From Bugula neritina (lineage: Eukaryota; Animalia; Bryozoa): a stretch of 64,000 nucleotides of DNA. The stretch lies in contig OZ037771.1 of assembly GCA_964035545.1 (NCBI GenBank), positions 4,661,628 through 4,725,627 of the forward strand, in the 5' to 3' direction. Shown here piece after piece: positions 13,901-32,931 of the stretch. Every line of letters starts with the position of its first letter. The first letter of the stretch is position 1. The position numbers and the translations under genes are program-made. The notes under the pieces are model-generated. The model ran no database searches. It was not told the origin of the DNA and saw only the letters and a program-made list of their open reading frames with translations.

Positions 13901-16900
13901 CTATAAATAGCCCTGGAGTACATCAACACTGGCGATATCAAACCAAGCGACTAGTTATGACCGGTCTAATGGTAATTTCAGCAGCTCATGAATAATTCCC
14001 AAAATAATTTATTGCATTCTTTAATTTTCTTGGGTTCTGATAAACTGCATATTTATAATATTATTCAGTTTAATTTTAACTGCCAACTTTAACTAGGCTA
14101 AAACAATGTTTGGTAATAAACCAGAAAAATCTAGGCATATGCACTGAAAAATAGTTTATTGGCTAATTTGAATTTTGTAAAAATCAACAACACTTGACAA
14201 ATTGTTTTTTCCATGCTGCAAAGACAAAAACAACAAACTGCAATCAATCTTTAGTAGCTTTTATGTAATTTATCAAATGGTAAACTCACGCAGGTTTATA
14301 ATCGCTATGCCTGCAAGAAAACCCTGATGGAAAGGGTTTTTGTTAAACCGTAGGACTTATTCAGATGTGCCACATGAGGAATTATGACTTGATGCTCTTG
14401 CTAACATCATAATGGCCTTTGTCGGGGCTCGAACTCAAAACTTAGTGCTTATGAAGCAAACGCTCTAACCCCTAGACCACGGCTGTCGCTTTATATTAAG
14501 TAGTATAAGTGAGTGATGAAAATTTTCATATTAGTGATTATAGCTTGAAAAGAAAATTATTTTGTATTTTCTCAATCACTTGTCAATTGTATGCAAGCAT
14601 TTTTTAAAGAAATTTTGAGCTCACTGGTCTCAAAGCCTAATACCTTGTTTAGGCTATGGCACTGCAACCACGTCTACAACTAGGCTAGTTCTGCTATATT
14701 TTAAGTAATGATTAAAAAACTAACTAACAATTGTTCAGATTAAAATTGTTTTTCAGCTTCATGGCACTATAATGCTCAAACCATGGGCAGAAAAATATTT
14801 GCCAGATTTTATAGCTCAAGCCAAAAGTACAACTGTAAGTTTGGGTTTATCATGCAGCGCACTCATGTTGCACCAGTTTAAACTGGAGCACATCATTCTG
14901 TGAACCTGCTTGAACAAGAAACTAGTTTGGTAACCTTATTAGCATAACTGAACCTGAGTAACAGAAGTTGGACATATTGTTTCCAACATATGCAACCCAT
15001 AGCCACAATGAAGGTACAGGTCAGTTCTAAACTATAAACTACTTATATCTGGTAGCAATTATCTTAAGAATTGCTAGAAGTAGCACATGGTTGGGGGGCA
15101 TTGAGTGCATTGTTTATATAGGCATATTTGTCCAAACTATAACCCCAAACTTCAAACCGCTACATTCAGTGATGACTAACTTTGTGCTGCATCAAGCGAT
15201 TTCCAGTTATCTCTCTGGTGTACAATGAATTATATAAGTGTCAAGCTCTGAATGGTTCATCACCGGTCACTTGCAACCAGCATGATCAGAGCATCGCGAT
15301 GATAACAATCACCGGCTTTCCATGTACCGATCTCAAATCGATCTCAGGGAGATCGATCCATGGAAAGACGTCAAAGATCGATCTCAGTCGTTCTGAGCTG
15401 GTCGGTCTGTAGAGCTCGAACTCAGATCGATCCCAAGGCAATAAGACTATGGAAAGACGAAAAATCGATCCGAGAAGTAGAAAAATGACTGCTCGCTAAA
15501 ATGTTGTCTGCTAATAAAAATGATGACTTATTGTTAATTACTAAGCAAAGTACTTAATAATTAAGATAGCCACCTTTTCAAGTGGCAAAACTTTGACTTT
15601 CAGTAAAATGATTAAGAAAACTTAATTATGTAAAATTATAGACGGTAGAAGATACAAAAAGTGAGAGCATTTAAATTGAATTTAAACGACTAGTATAATG
15701 GACTGTCATTAGTTATTTGCTGCGTAATTTTAAGCCTAATAGTCCCGTAAGTTTATGAATGAGCTGCACAACAGCTATTAATTTCATATAAGCTGTCAAG
15801 CTAAAATATTAAAATCAATTATCTTAAATTGGCCAAATTACTTCATATTAAAAGCTTTACTGCGTAGAGTTTATAGCTGACGTTAAATTTTAGACTACGA
15901 AAATTTTGTTTTTCAACAGCAGTAGCTTTTATCACTCAGGTGGGTGAAAAAATTATACTATTACAGTAGTCTTCACCTAAGAGGAGGCAACTCCGAGAGA
16001 TCGATCTGACACTCTCATGGAAAAACGATCGATCTGAGCACATTACTCAGATCGATCTTGCTGAGATCGATCTGAGATCGGTACATGGAAAGCCCGTGAA
16101 TATCTGGCTAGTTTAAACTTAACTAATATGGGATTGAATACAATAACATCCTTGCTGATATTACAGAAGGAAGCTGTGAGCGAAAAGTAGACATATTATT
16201 GTAAATAAAGTTTATACAAGCTCCACATAGATTGCATTTACAGTGCTATTAGAAAATATGTAGACAGTTTTCAAAGCAAAATTCCTAAGGTCTATAACAG
16301 CTAATATTTGAAGCTATTACTTTTGCATGTATTTGCATTCTAACCACATACATCACTTATAACTGACACATATGATGTCTAAAATAAAAATAGAATACAT
16401 GCATGGATACAATTATTTTGCCTATATCATTGAGGTTGAAATATTGCAATAATCACTACAGTATAATTTAACTTTATAAAAATCATTTAAGAAAATAGTA
16501 CACACAGCCAACTATACCAAAATTTGAAAAAGGTTATGTATATCATTATGCATGTTAAAGCTTCAATTATAGTTACTGTAACATAGTTTTTGTAAATGAA
16601 ATTTTCATGGGTGTGCTGTGTTTTGTCTTCTTATAGATTGGGGACGTATGCACCAAACGAGATGTTCCTTCCACTGTGTATAACTATCAGAATTCTGGCT
16701 GGAAGTGCTACAGCTAGTCTAACAGTGTCTGTGATGACAATTCTACTTAAACACACAACATTCCAGACTAGTACAGTGGTAGTAAGTATTGTAAATATTA
16801 TGTCATATTAGTATAGTTGTAGTAAGTAATGTATATTATTCCATACTATAATACAGTTGTGGTAAGTACTGTATATTATAGTAAGTACTAGAAAATAGAA

Positions 16901-19472
16901 TATCTATAAGGTAAATCATGCAACAAAATTTGTTGAAGGCCTTACAGCTTTAAAATATAGGTCTAATTTTATTATATTATTATTGAAAACGTCATGATGT
17001 GAATCTTATATAATATTACCAGTGAATTTTTGCATGAAGTGCTTTTTATCCGTAAATATAATAATTCAATAAATGCTTTGCTTATTTCAGGGTCTAGTAG
17101 AGATGTTGCAGGGAGGTGGTTATGCAGTTGGACCAGCTTTGGGATCAGCCTTGCAACAGGTAAAGTATCCAACAGGTAAAATACTCATTTCATGTGGACA
17201 ATTCAATGGTTTGTTTTGTAAAATGAATCTGTGGTCTATTCTTTTGATATGTCATTCATGTAGCAATTTTATTGAATATAATATATAGTAATGATATATA
17301 TAGTAATAATATATATAATATAATATATAATATATAGTAGTAAAACATACAATACTGCTCATAAAACAAGTAGTATTGTAGGAGAAGACGATTTTCATTA
17401 TACGCCCTAATTCAAATCATTTGTTTTAAATTTACAATTGATTGTAACCATGTTGCACGCATAATATTTGTAATCATTGGTTTTTGTAATCCACTAACAA
17501 AACCTAGTTGTTGAGTTCATTATAGACTTATTACTGTAAATGTATTTTATTAACATGCCTGGCACCACAAATATACACATGCCCATTCAAGTGAGCTTTG
17601 GGTTTTAAAATTGTTTGTTGCCAAGTGTATATGCAGCCAAGGTTCAGAGGTCAGAGCACTGGCTTAGTAACCCAGAAGTCATAGGTTCAAACCCCGGTAA
17701 AGGTGAAGTTAGGAAGAACATCCAATCATAATTGCTACACATAAATTATAAGTCTTTAACCCAATTTAACAAAGCCCTTTCCATCAGGGTTTTATTTTCA
17801 AAGGAATGGCGACTATAATTTTTAAGTATAAATGCATGTTATATGTCTCTATGAGGAAATTAAAATTTGTTCTGTTAGCTTCATTGTATATTTTGATGGC
17901 TATTTAATACAGGCCTGGTAGCATGCAAAAGTTTGTCTTATCTACAAATTCGTAGATAGGAGGCTATACCTGCATGTTCTGGACAATGGGTGGTCTGATA
18001 GGCGTCTCCGGTCTCATCCAGCTTTTAGCAATACCCAAAATTAGTGAGTCTTTTTATATACTCAGTCTATGTAACTGTATTTGTCTTCTATAACTAAGTT
18101 GTTATGTTTTAATATATATATGTGTGTATTTATTGTAGCAGACTGAAAGAAAATAGCAATGTGAAACCGCTATACCATAAGTTATAAGTGTTATAGTTGC
18201 AAGTTGCAGATAATCGTTTGAATAACAGAAAATGCTGGGTTTATATACCAGTCTAAAAAATTAGCTGTTTTGTAGTATATATCCATAATCATTGTAGAGA
18301 AAGCATAATGTAGCGAACATAGCTATGCTAATACAAGTAAAGCTATAACAAATCCAAAAAAGCTTTCTCAGCTCATGTAATGTCCCAACATAAATATATT
18401 TAGATATGTATAGAGTCAATTATTCAAACAATTAGTTTCTAAGCATGTAGCTTTAAGAGACTGTCTATGGTTTCCACGCGATGATATATAAAAAAAGTTG
18501 TATTTGAGTTAACAAGTTTTCAACTTGCAGTCACTAATTCAATTTATCTGAATATATATAGATTTTTTTAACTAATTGAGTTAAAATTAAATATTGGGAT
18601 ACGACTGAAACAAATGTAGACTTTTATTGAAGTCTAAAAAAATTTAATCAACATTCACATTTAATTACTAGAAAATATAAATTTTTTTGTAGCAATAAAA
18701 TAGGTTTTACTATTTTGAATTAATAAATCAATTACAGTATATGATTAAAAAAGGTTTAACTAAAATATAAATTAAACAGTCTTTATGTTTTTTTGCCAGC
18801 CAAATAGTATTGAGAGTACTTTTGTAACAACTGTATACTTATTTTAAAACAGTAATTATGGTTGACTATTAGCCAATACTTTACCTACAGGTTATGATGA
18901 GTGCAATTTGAACCTGTATTTTTTAATAACTACTGCAATGTTTCATTACTATGAAACGAGAGTAAGCTGATCTATGATGTAGCAATAATCGGTTCCAGTC
19001 TAATAGTCCCACTTGTGGTCTATATTTTTTATTAAAGGTTTATAAAGTTTAAAGGCATTGAAACACTAAAGTATATATATATTTAATGTGAAACTACTAC
19101 TTTAATGTAATAAACCAGCAGCATTCTTATATAAACAACTTTTTGTTTTGTGGGTATTTTTAGTATAAATTATAAGGTTTCATTATGTAAAGGCAGGAGT
19201 TATCTAAGTTAGAAAACAGTATATTTTAAAGACTCTGTCTCAAACTAATTTAAATTTGACTCTAAACTTTTAGATAACGATAAGAAATCTCACGGCACAT
19301 CTTCACTACAAATTATGAAAATTCCTGGAAATATAATTCTGTTCTTACATTGTTTTGGATATAAATTGATTGGCAGTTCAAAGGCCAGTGGAGTCAGCAA
19401 CTTTTTAAACAGTTCGGTAAGTAAACTTATATTATATGAAGTAATATGATTCAGGAGAGTAGAAGTCAATGA

Positions 19473-19508
<36 letters not shown>

Positions 19509-21851
19509 ACCCCTTCTCGAAAATTGTAATCCGTATCAGCTTATATGAAAATGAAGTTTAAAACACAAACTATTAAACATTGAAACATATTATATGCAAT
19601 GAATGTGAAATACTATGCAAACAAATGCATAGTTTATTATCAAATAAAAATCTAGCTAAAGCTTTGATTTAATACTTTATATTAATTTTCTTTTTTTCAC
19701 TTGATATATATTTTGTAGGTAGGAGTTGTCAGCTCATAAGTTTGATATAATTGCAACCTCTACTCTAAAAATGACTTAAATTTTGTCAGTTATGCTGCAT
19801 GATTTAGTGTCTAAAAATATTAAACATTTAAGAGTCATCTTTTTTAATTCTACTTGCGAAGATCAACATAAATTTATATATTCAATAACATGAGCTTCTT
19901 CTTATAATTTTACATTCATTATTTTATGGAAATATTATTTATAGAACCTAATAATACTATTAAAATACACAACTATGTACAAGTGCAGCAATGTCTGTAG
20001 GTTTGCCTGTTTTTGTGATATGTTCTTATATTTTAGTTTGGTACTACAGCATCAGACGTGGGTTTATATTTTGGTCTTTGGTCTGTTTTGTATCTCGTTG
20101 GATGCTTGGTTTTGAGCAAAATAATCAACAGGGTAATTTATACAGAACTACACAGCAGGCCTTTTCCTACAGCTTGCAAAAACCAAGTGTCAATACTAAT
20201 AATAATTACTACCTGTTATTGCATGTCACCCCCTTAAACTCAGCGTATCCATTGTTAGCCTTGTTTGAGATGTTAATCTTTTATTGCAGTACTTTAAGCT
20301 ATTTTGTAACAAGTTTTTATAAAATCTTAAATTACTAACTATTTTCCTGTAAACCAGTTTAAGGTGTAAAAAGTGTATTTTGAAAAAATGAAACAATGTG
20401 TATTGAGGTAGTTATATGTTTGCCACTTTTAGGGCTATATATACTCCTTGATGATATCGGCCTGGTGTATGTCTATATTAGTACATCTGTTCAGCGGGCC
20501 GTCTCCATTGCTCGACTTCATATTTCATAAGCACCAGTAAGAATTAGTATACGCTGTTGCTTAATTCAAAATCTTTATCATTTCGTTTCCATGGATTCGC
20601 GTTATGCAAATGGATGCTCTCATAAAGGAATTTTTTTCAGTTTGAAAGAACTTATGATTGTGGTTTCATTAATGCAACTACTCCCAAAATTCAAATAAAA
20701 AATCCATCCACATAATGCAAATAACATAATGTAAAAAGGAAGATTAATATTGAAATAAAATAATAAATTTACGTACTTGATATTTTCTGCATACCTAGGG
20801 TACATACATGTTGATATATTTCAGATACTTAGAGTTGCCAGTAGTACTCTTGTCCTTAGCCAACTGTTATGAGCCAGGAATTTATATTCCTCCTTTCCAA
20901 GCAGCCATCAACCTGGCGGTGTAAGTTTCCTATGTTGGGTCAGCTCGATTGACCTTCATGGATACTTCTAGGTGACCTCTCTAAATACAAAAATTGTTGA
21001 CATTTCTAAATTCAGCCTCTGGCCTTTCCAAATGTAGCTATACCGTTACCCTGCATGATGATCTGGGCACAAATGTTGTCCAGTTGCATTGTTTATGTGT
21101 TAATCTGTTATAGACCCTTAAGCTGAAAATGCTAACTGCTGCAATTTTATTCGCAAATTAGCTTGGATCAATAGATTTGTTAATTTATACGTCACTTTAG
21201 TTGAATCAGATCCATTTGAAAGAGAGAGCCCTGTTATCTATTATCAGAGTAAATGGTCATGAAAAAGACAGCATACAGACCTATGGTATGGTAACAGGAT
21301 TACTGAATGGAGGTCTGGGTCTAGGAGCCATGGTTGGTCCAATAATGTCAGGAGCTGTTACTGATGCTACTAACTTTACATGGACATTGACTGTATTGTC
21401 TGGGATCAGTCTAGCAATGGTAAGATATTTCTAAAGCAATGGCCGCTGTACAACATATAAACTTACAATAACTAAATAAAGAGCCGAGTTCAGAATTGAA
21501 AGGTCTAGCATTGATGGTAATACAATTTTCATAGTATTACTGTTACTAAAATACTAAAATAAAAATTCTTTGTGCTATAATTTCTGTTAGCTATATGCAA
21601 ACGTATATGTGGAACTAACAAAGCCAATATAACAGCTCGATTTGACCCAGCTTTGTTGGCCGTAAAATTTCACATTTCATTTCTACTCATCAGAAATAGT
21701 GTAAATTTTTCTACTTATTCCTGTTTTCTATATGCACGTGTAACTAAAAACTAAATTACATGTTTTCTTGTCTCTTTATTTGTAGTTAATAATTATGTCT
21801 GCATACTTAATATGGATGAAGATAACTGGACAGCCACTAAAATCAGTCTAG
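10988..21851 (+). CDS. SLC18B1-like: MFS transporter, SLC18B1-like, paralog 2 (11 coding exons, ~453 aa)
   Basis: Exons 10988-11296, 11497-11570, 16637-16781, 17091-17159, 17956-18043, 19274-19416, 20037-20132, 20433-20536, 20825-20920, 21248-21419, 21786-21851; total 1362 nt, open frame, same intron phases and near-identical internal exon sizes as paralog 1. Confidence 0.9.
14265..14487 (-). mobile_element. tRNA-derived SINE
   Basis: Minus strand begins gccgtggtctaggggttagagcg...gagttcgagcccc (A/B box-like); its body gttagcaagagcatcaagtcataatt...tttaacaaaaaccctttccatcagggtttt is shared with the copy at 17633. Confidence 0.75.
15310..16098. mobile_element. Non-autonomous DNA transposon, CAC...GTG termini, 3-bp TSD AAT (CACTA/EnSpm-like)
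   Basis: ~45-bp TIR cac(c/g)ggctttccatgtaccgatctca(a/g)atcgatctcag; AAT at 15307-15309 and 16099-16101; many subterminal GATCGATC and CATGGAAA repeats. Confidence 0.85.
16761..16890 (+). repeat. ~39-bp degenerate repeat (3+ copies) spanning the exon-3 end and donor of paralog 2
   Basis: ttcca(g/t)acta..acagt(g/t)gt(a/g)gtaagta.tgta..tta repeated; gtaagt at 16782, 16822, 16862 and 16881. Confidence 0.8.
17633..17820 (+). mobile_element. tRNA-derived SINE (same family as 14265-14487)
   Basis: Head ggttcagaggtcagagcactgg...ggttcaaacccc followed by the shared body gttaggaagaacatccaatcataatt...ccctttccatcagggtttt. Confidence 0.75.
19477..19506. repeat. (GA)n microsatellite
   Basis: Direct reading. 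Confidence 0.95.
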
Positions 21852-22399
21852 CTGACACATACCTAGAATAGAGCATACTTATTGCTTATTTTTTATAGTT
21901 TGATTTCTTACACATTAACATTAAATGTTTTATATCTTTGGAAAAAATCCTATGTGCATAAAAATGCTACGTTCAAACTTGCATATAGTTATTGGTTAAA
22001 ACATGTGTAATTATTGGTTAAAACTTAACGTGTAGTAATTAAACTGTAAAGCAAGAATGGCCTATCTGCATACATGCAGTGTCTTTACAAAAATGCTAGT
22101 TTTTTCTTAGAAAAGTATTGCTACCAAAAAGACAAAGATTACTTAAAGAGTGCTTATATCTACGCCATATATTGCTTCTATAAAAGTTTATAAAATCTTC
22201 ATTACTGTTCACCTAATCCAGCAAATTAAATTTGAGTTAAAAAATACTGCCGATCATGGGCAGGCACCTATAGACCAGCATTCTACCTTCACTTCACAGC
22301 ATTCTTGCTTTACAGCATGATAATGTCCCAAAAATGTTTTTAAAATCTAATGAAATTGTTTTTATTGATTAAAAAACTTCTTATTTTTATATTACATCA

Positions 22400-22714
22400 T
22401 ACATACATATATATATATATATATATAAATATATATATAAATATCTATAAATATATATAAATATCTATAAATATATATATAAATATATATAAATATCTAT
22501 AGATATATAAAAATATTTATAGATATATATAAATGTCTATAAATATATATATAAATATCTATAAATATATATAAATATCTATAGATATATATAAATATCT
22601 ATAGATATATATAAATGTCTATAAATATATATATAAATATCTATAAATATATATAAATATCTATAGATATATATAAATGTCTATATATATATATATATAA
22701 ATATCTATAAATAT

Positions 22715-22765
<51 letters not shown>
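22400..22765. repeat. AT-rich compound repeat (atatctataaatatatataa-type units flanked by (TA)n)
   Basis: Direct reading; ~18-22-bp units apparently derived from a TA microsatellite. Confidence 0.9.
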
Positions 22766-22767
<2 letters not shown>

Positions 22768-23783
22768 TTTATGATATAATGCTAAATAAATGCTATATTA
22801 AATTATAGACTCAAAAATATATATCCCATGATTTTCATCAATAAGTTTATGAAATTACCTTTTTAAAACAATGTGCTATCAGTCTTTGTGACTTAATATT
22901 TTTGAATGGTTAATAAATGCTAGTTGACATATTTCACTTAAACAAAAATATAATTATCAACAAAAGTTATTGTTTAAGTGCAACAATAAAAATTCTCAAC
23001 TGCAGCTATACAAGTAGTTTAATTGGCCACTTTGGCAGCCTATAGGCTTTTACATAGAAATGCTGTTATATAAACAGTACAATCCTAAATTCTTTATAAA
23101 CTAAGGCCTAACATTACACCATACTTTGGCATATTTTTCAGAAGAATCTAAATTTGTTTTTTCTAGCTAGAATTGCTTGGTTATGTCACACAATGAAGCC
23201 CTTTGTTACCAGATTTTTTCAGACTACTCTAATATATAATAACTGACTTTTTGCTGCTAGAAATTAGATGTGTGTCTGTTGTTTTCAATATTAATTTTTA
23301 ACCTAATGCTGCTAGTTAGGCAAAGCTGCAATCTACATTCTGGAATAAGAAACTTGTGGCTGCAAATAATAAAATAGTCACAGCATTCATGCAAGTCAAA
23401 TAAATAACTAACTCCTTCAATTCTTGGTTCAGATGAGAAAAAGTTATTGAAGTAGCAAGTCAGTTTACCTAATGAATTATGGGCTGATTTAAACTTACTG
23501 GAATCCGTCTGCAGATGCAAGAGATATTCTGTCTTCTTCAACAGGTTTAGGGTAGACCCTGAAACAGCTGCTGTATGCACACACAGACATGCAGACATGT
23601 ATCATTATTACAGACTAGCCACTTCATTAAAACATATCATCAAGAAGCTCTTTCCAACTATGACTTTATTTATAAAATAAACCCATATTCCAGACACCAC
23701 TGTATCCATCTTCAGATTTTAAAGTGAGGATATCAAACTACATTTGGCCCTGGGCCCCCCCCCCCCCCCCCCCCGCCTGTTGG

Positions 23784-23945
23784 ATAGCCTTGGTTTAGTG
23801 GGTAGAGCACTGGCTTTGAAATATAGTAAAGGCCGTTGGTGATGTTGGGAAAAGAATTCAATGATAACTGCTATTTTGCCACAATAGAAAGCAACTCCTT
23901 AGTCTACTTAAAAAATCTTTCTCTCAGGAGGTGCGATTATAAAAC
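23784..23945 (+). mobile_element. Degenerate third copy of the tRNA-derived SINE
   Basis: tagccttggtttagtgggtagagcactggc head, gatgttgggaaaagaattcaatgataactgcta body and gcgattataaa end resemble the other two copies. Confidence 0.55.
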
Positions 23946-25952
23946 TTCATAAACAATTTTCAATAGCACTTTAACTTGAAACTGATTTTCATTTTATCAG
24001 CAAAAAAGACAAATATTATAAATGTTATAGTTTATTAATTTTATTCAATGACGTGAATCTACAGGTATTTTTGCATGCTACTATGTACCACCATTTGTGC
24101 ATCCAAAATCTTTTACGCAAATAAGTATAAGTGATTTCAAAACTAATATTTATTAGGCTTCAATTGCATGCTTTAAATGTTTCACACCTTTAAAACTTTT
24201 ACTTGAAAATTATGTTTTTTTGAGGTGAAATTTATATATACCAAACTATACTAAATACCTCATCATGTTTTAACTTCGTAACTGATCATCTTTGCTATTA
24301 TTGTACTATACTTATACAAAATTTTCAACTGTTTTAAGCTGACTTTTATATTTTTGCTTTAGCATGCATTGTCTTACCTATAGAATTAGATAGAAAATAA
24401 CTGCATAGGCTATGTAGAGCTCAGCCAATCCGAACAGGTTTGCCCTGGTGCATATGAGGGTACCTTTATACTGCAGCATTATTCATACTTATAATTACTG
24501 CATATACACTTTAACCTTAATGCACTTTTTATAGCAATAGACATTCGTTTAGCTCAACTCAAGTGTGTCAACAGACTTTGATTATAGTTAGTGTGAAGTA
24601 TACTTGACAGTGTAGTGTTGTCTCATGCCTATAAGAAATATGTAAACAAATTGTTTTTTTATTTATTTATCTGTAACTATCACAAGCTGGTTCTACTGCA
24701 TTGTTATTGGTACGGCACTGCAGCAAGGTAGGTATAATACTACAAACAACTTGTTTTAAAAGTGTAAACTTAAGTAGTCTTGTTTTTGAGGACTCATTCA
24801 TACAAGATTGTTTCTGAGCTAACATGTTCTATATTTCTAAAAGAAGTAGGTGCGAATTGAGTATAGAATTAGAAGGATAAAAAGAGTCTAGCATTTAAGC
24901 TATAAAAATTTGATAATTAGAATTTCAGCTATATAGAAATTTAGGATTAGAGATCTATATCTAAGCTACAAGAGTTGAAAGTATCAATTATGCTCCCATA
25001 ACTTGCAGTTATATAAAAAAAACTACACTAGTTAGGAGTTTTTCAGCTAATATTAGATTTGCAAATGTAAAAAAAACAAGCTGCATGTACTAAAATCTGA
25101 GCCAGTATTCATTGTTAAAAAACCAAATTTGCAGTATTGAGCTTTTCAGATGGTATTTGAAGAGAGTAAAACTCAAATCAACAATTAGAGCATTTGTTTG
25201 GTGTTTGCTAATTGGTTTAACCACTTGTTTTCCTAGAGGAGCATGAAATTGTAACGTGTGTGTGTGTGAACATATTTTTTATCGTAGTTATAGCATAACA
25301 TGATAGGTCGTAATGCAAGTATCACATCTCTAGTTATATAGCTGTATTTTTGTTTGAGAAATATGTATTCGCTCTACCTACTTTGATTACAGTATTATAA
25401 AAGTTCTATACTCAGCAAAACCATAATTATTATCTTGCAGCTGCAGTGATTTATGCACTGGTACTATACAACTAACCAGTGTTTTTTATATTCAAGAGCC
25501 TCTTTACGCTCAAAGAACTTTATATTTTCACAGTAAAATTTACACTGAAATTTCATCATTTGGTGAGGTATAAAACATATTTACCTCAGACTGTTCACAT
25601 AAGTAAATACTGGTATTTTCAGTAAACTATAATATATTGTAAGCTCCTGTGTTGTTGAGAGATTCTAACACTCAGCAAAGGTTAGAGTCATAAAATTATC
25701 AGCTTTATAATGTTTTGTAAAATGATAATATAAAGTAGGCGAATATCTAAGTGTTTTACTTTTCAAAGTAGACTGTAATTAGAATTATATTTGATAAAAT
25801 GATTGGTTTACGTGACAGTATTCTGGCAGCACTAGCTATGAGAATATTCTAAGTCAAGCAAGTCAGCATACTATTCTATGTTTACAAGCATATTGTATGT
25901 TTGAGCACTGAATATTTTACAGAAGGTAGTCAACACAGCTTTTAGACTTAAA

Positions 25953-32931
<6,979 letters not shown>

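Noticed and set aside
14413-14487. tRNA-Met-like gene (CAT in an anticodon-like loop)
   Set aside because: The acceptor and T stems do not close, and it continues into a body shared with other dispersed copies; it is a SINE head.
21670-21700. CUGAUGA...GAAA on the minus strand
   Set aside because: Only 3 nt lie between the core segments, so there is no stem II; not a hammerhead.
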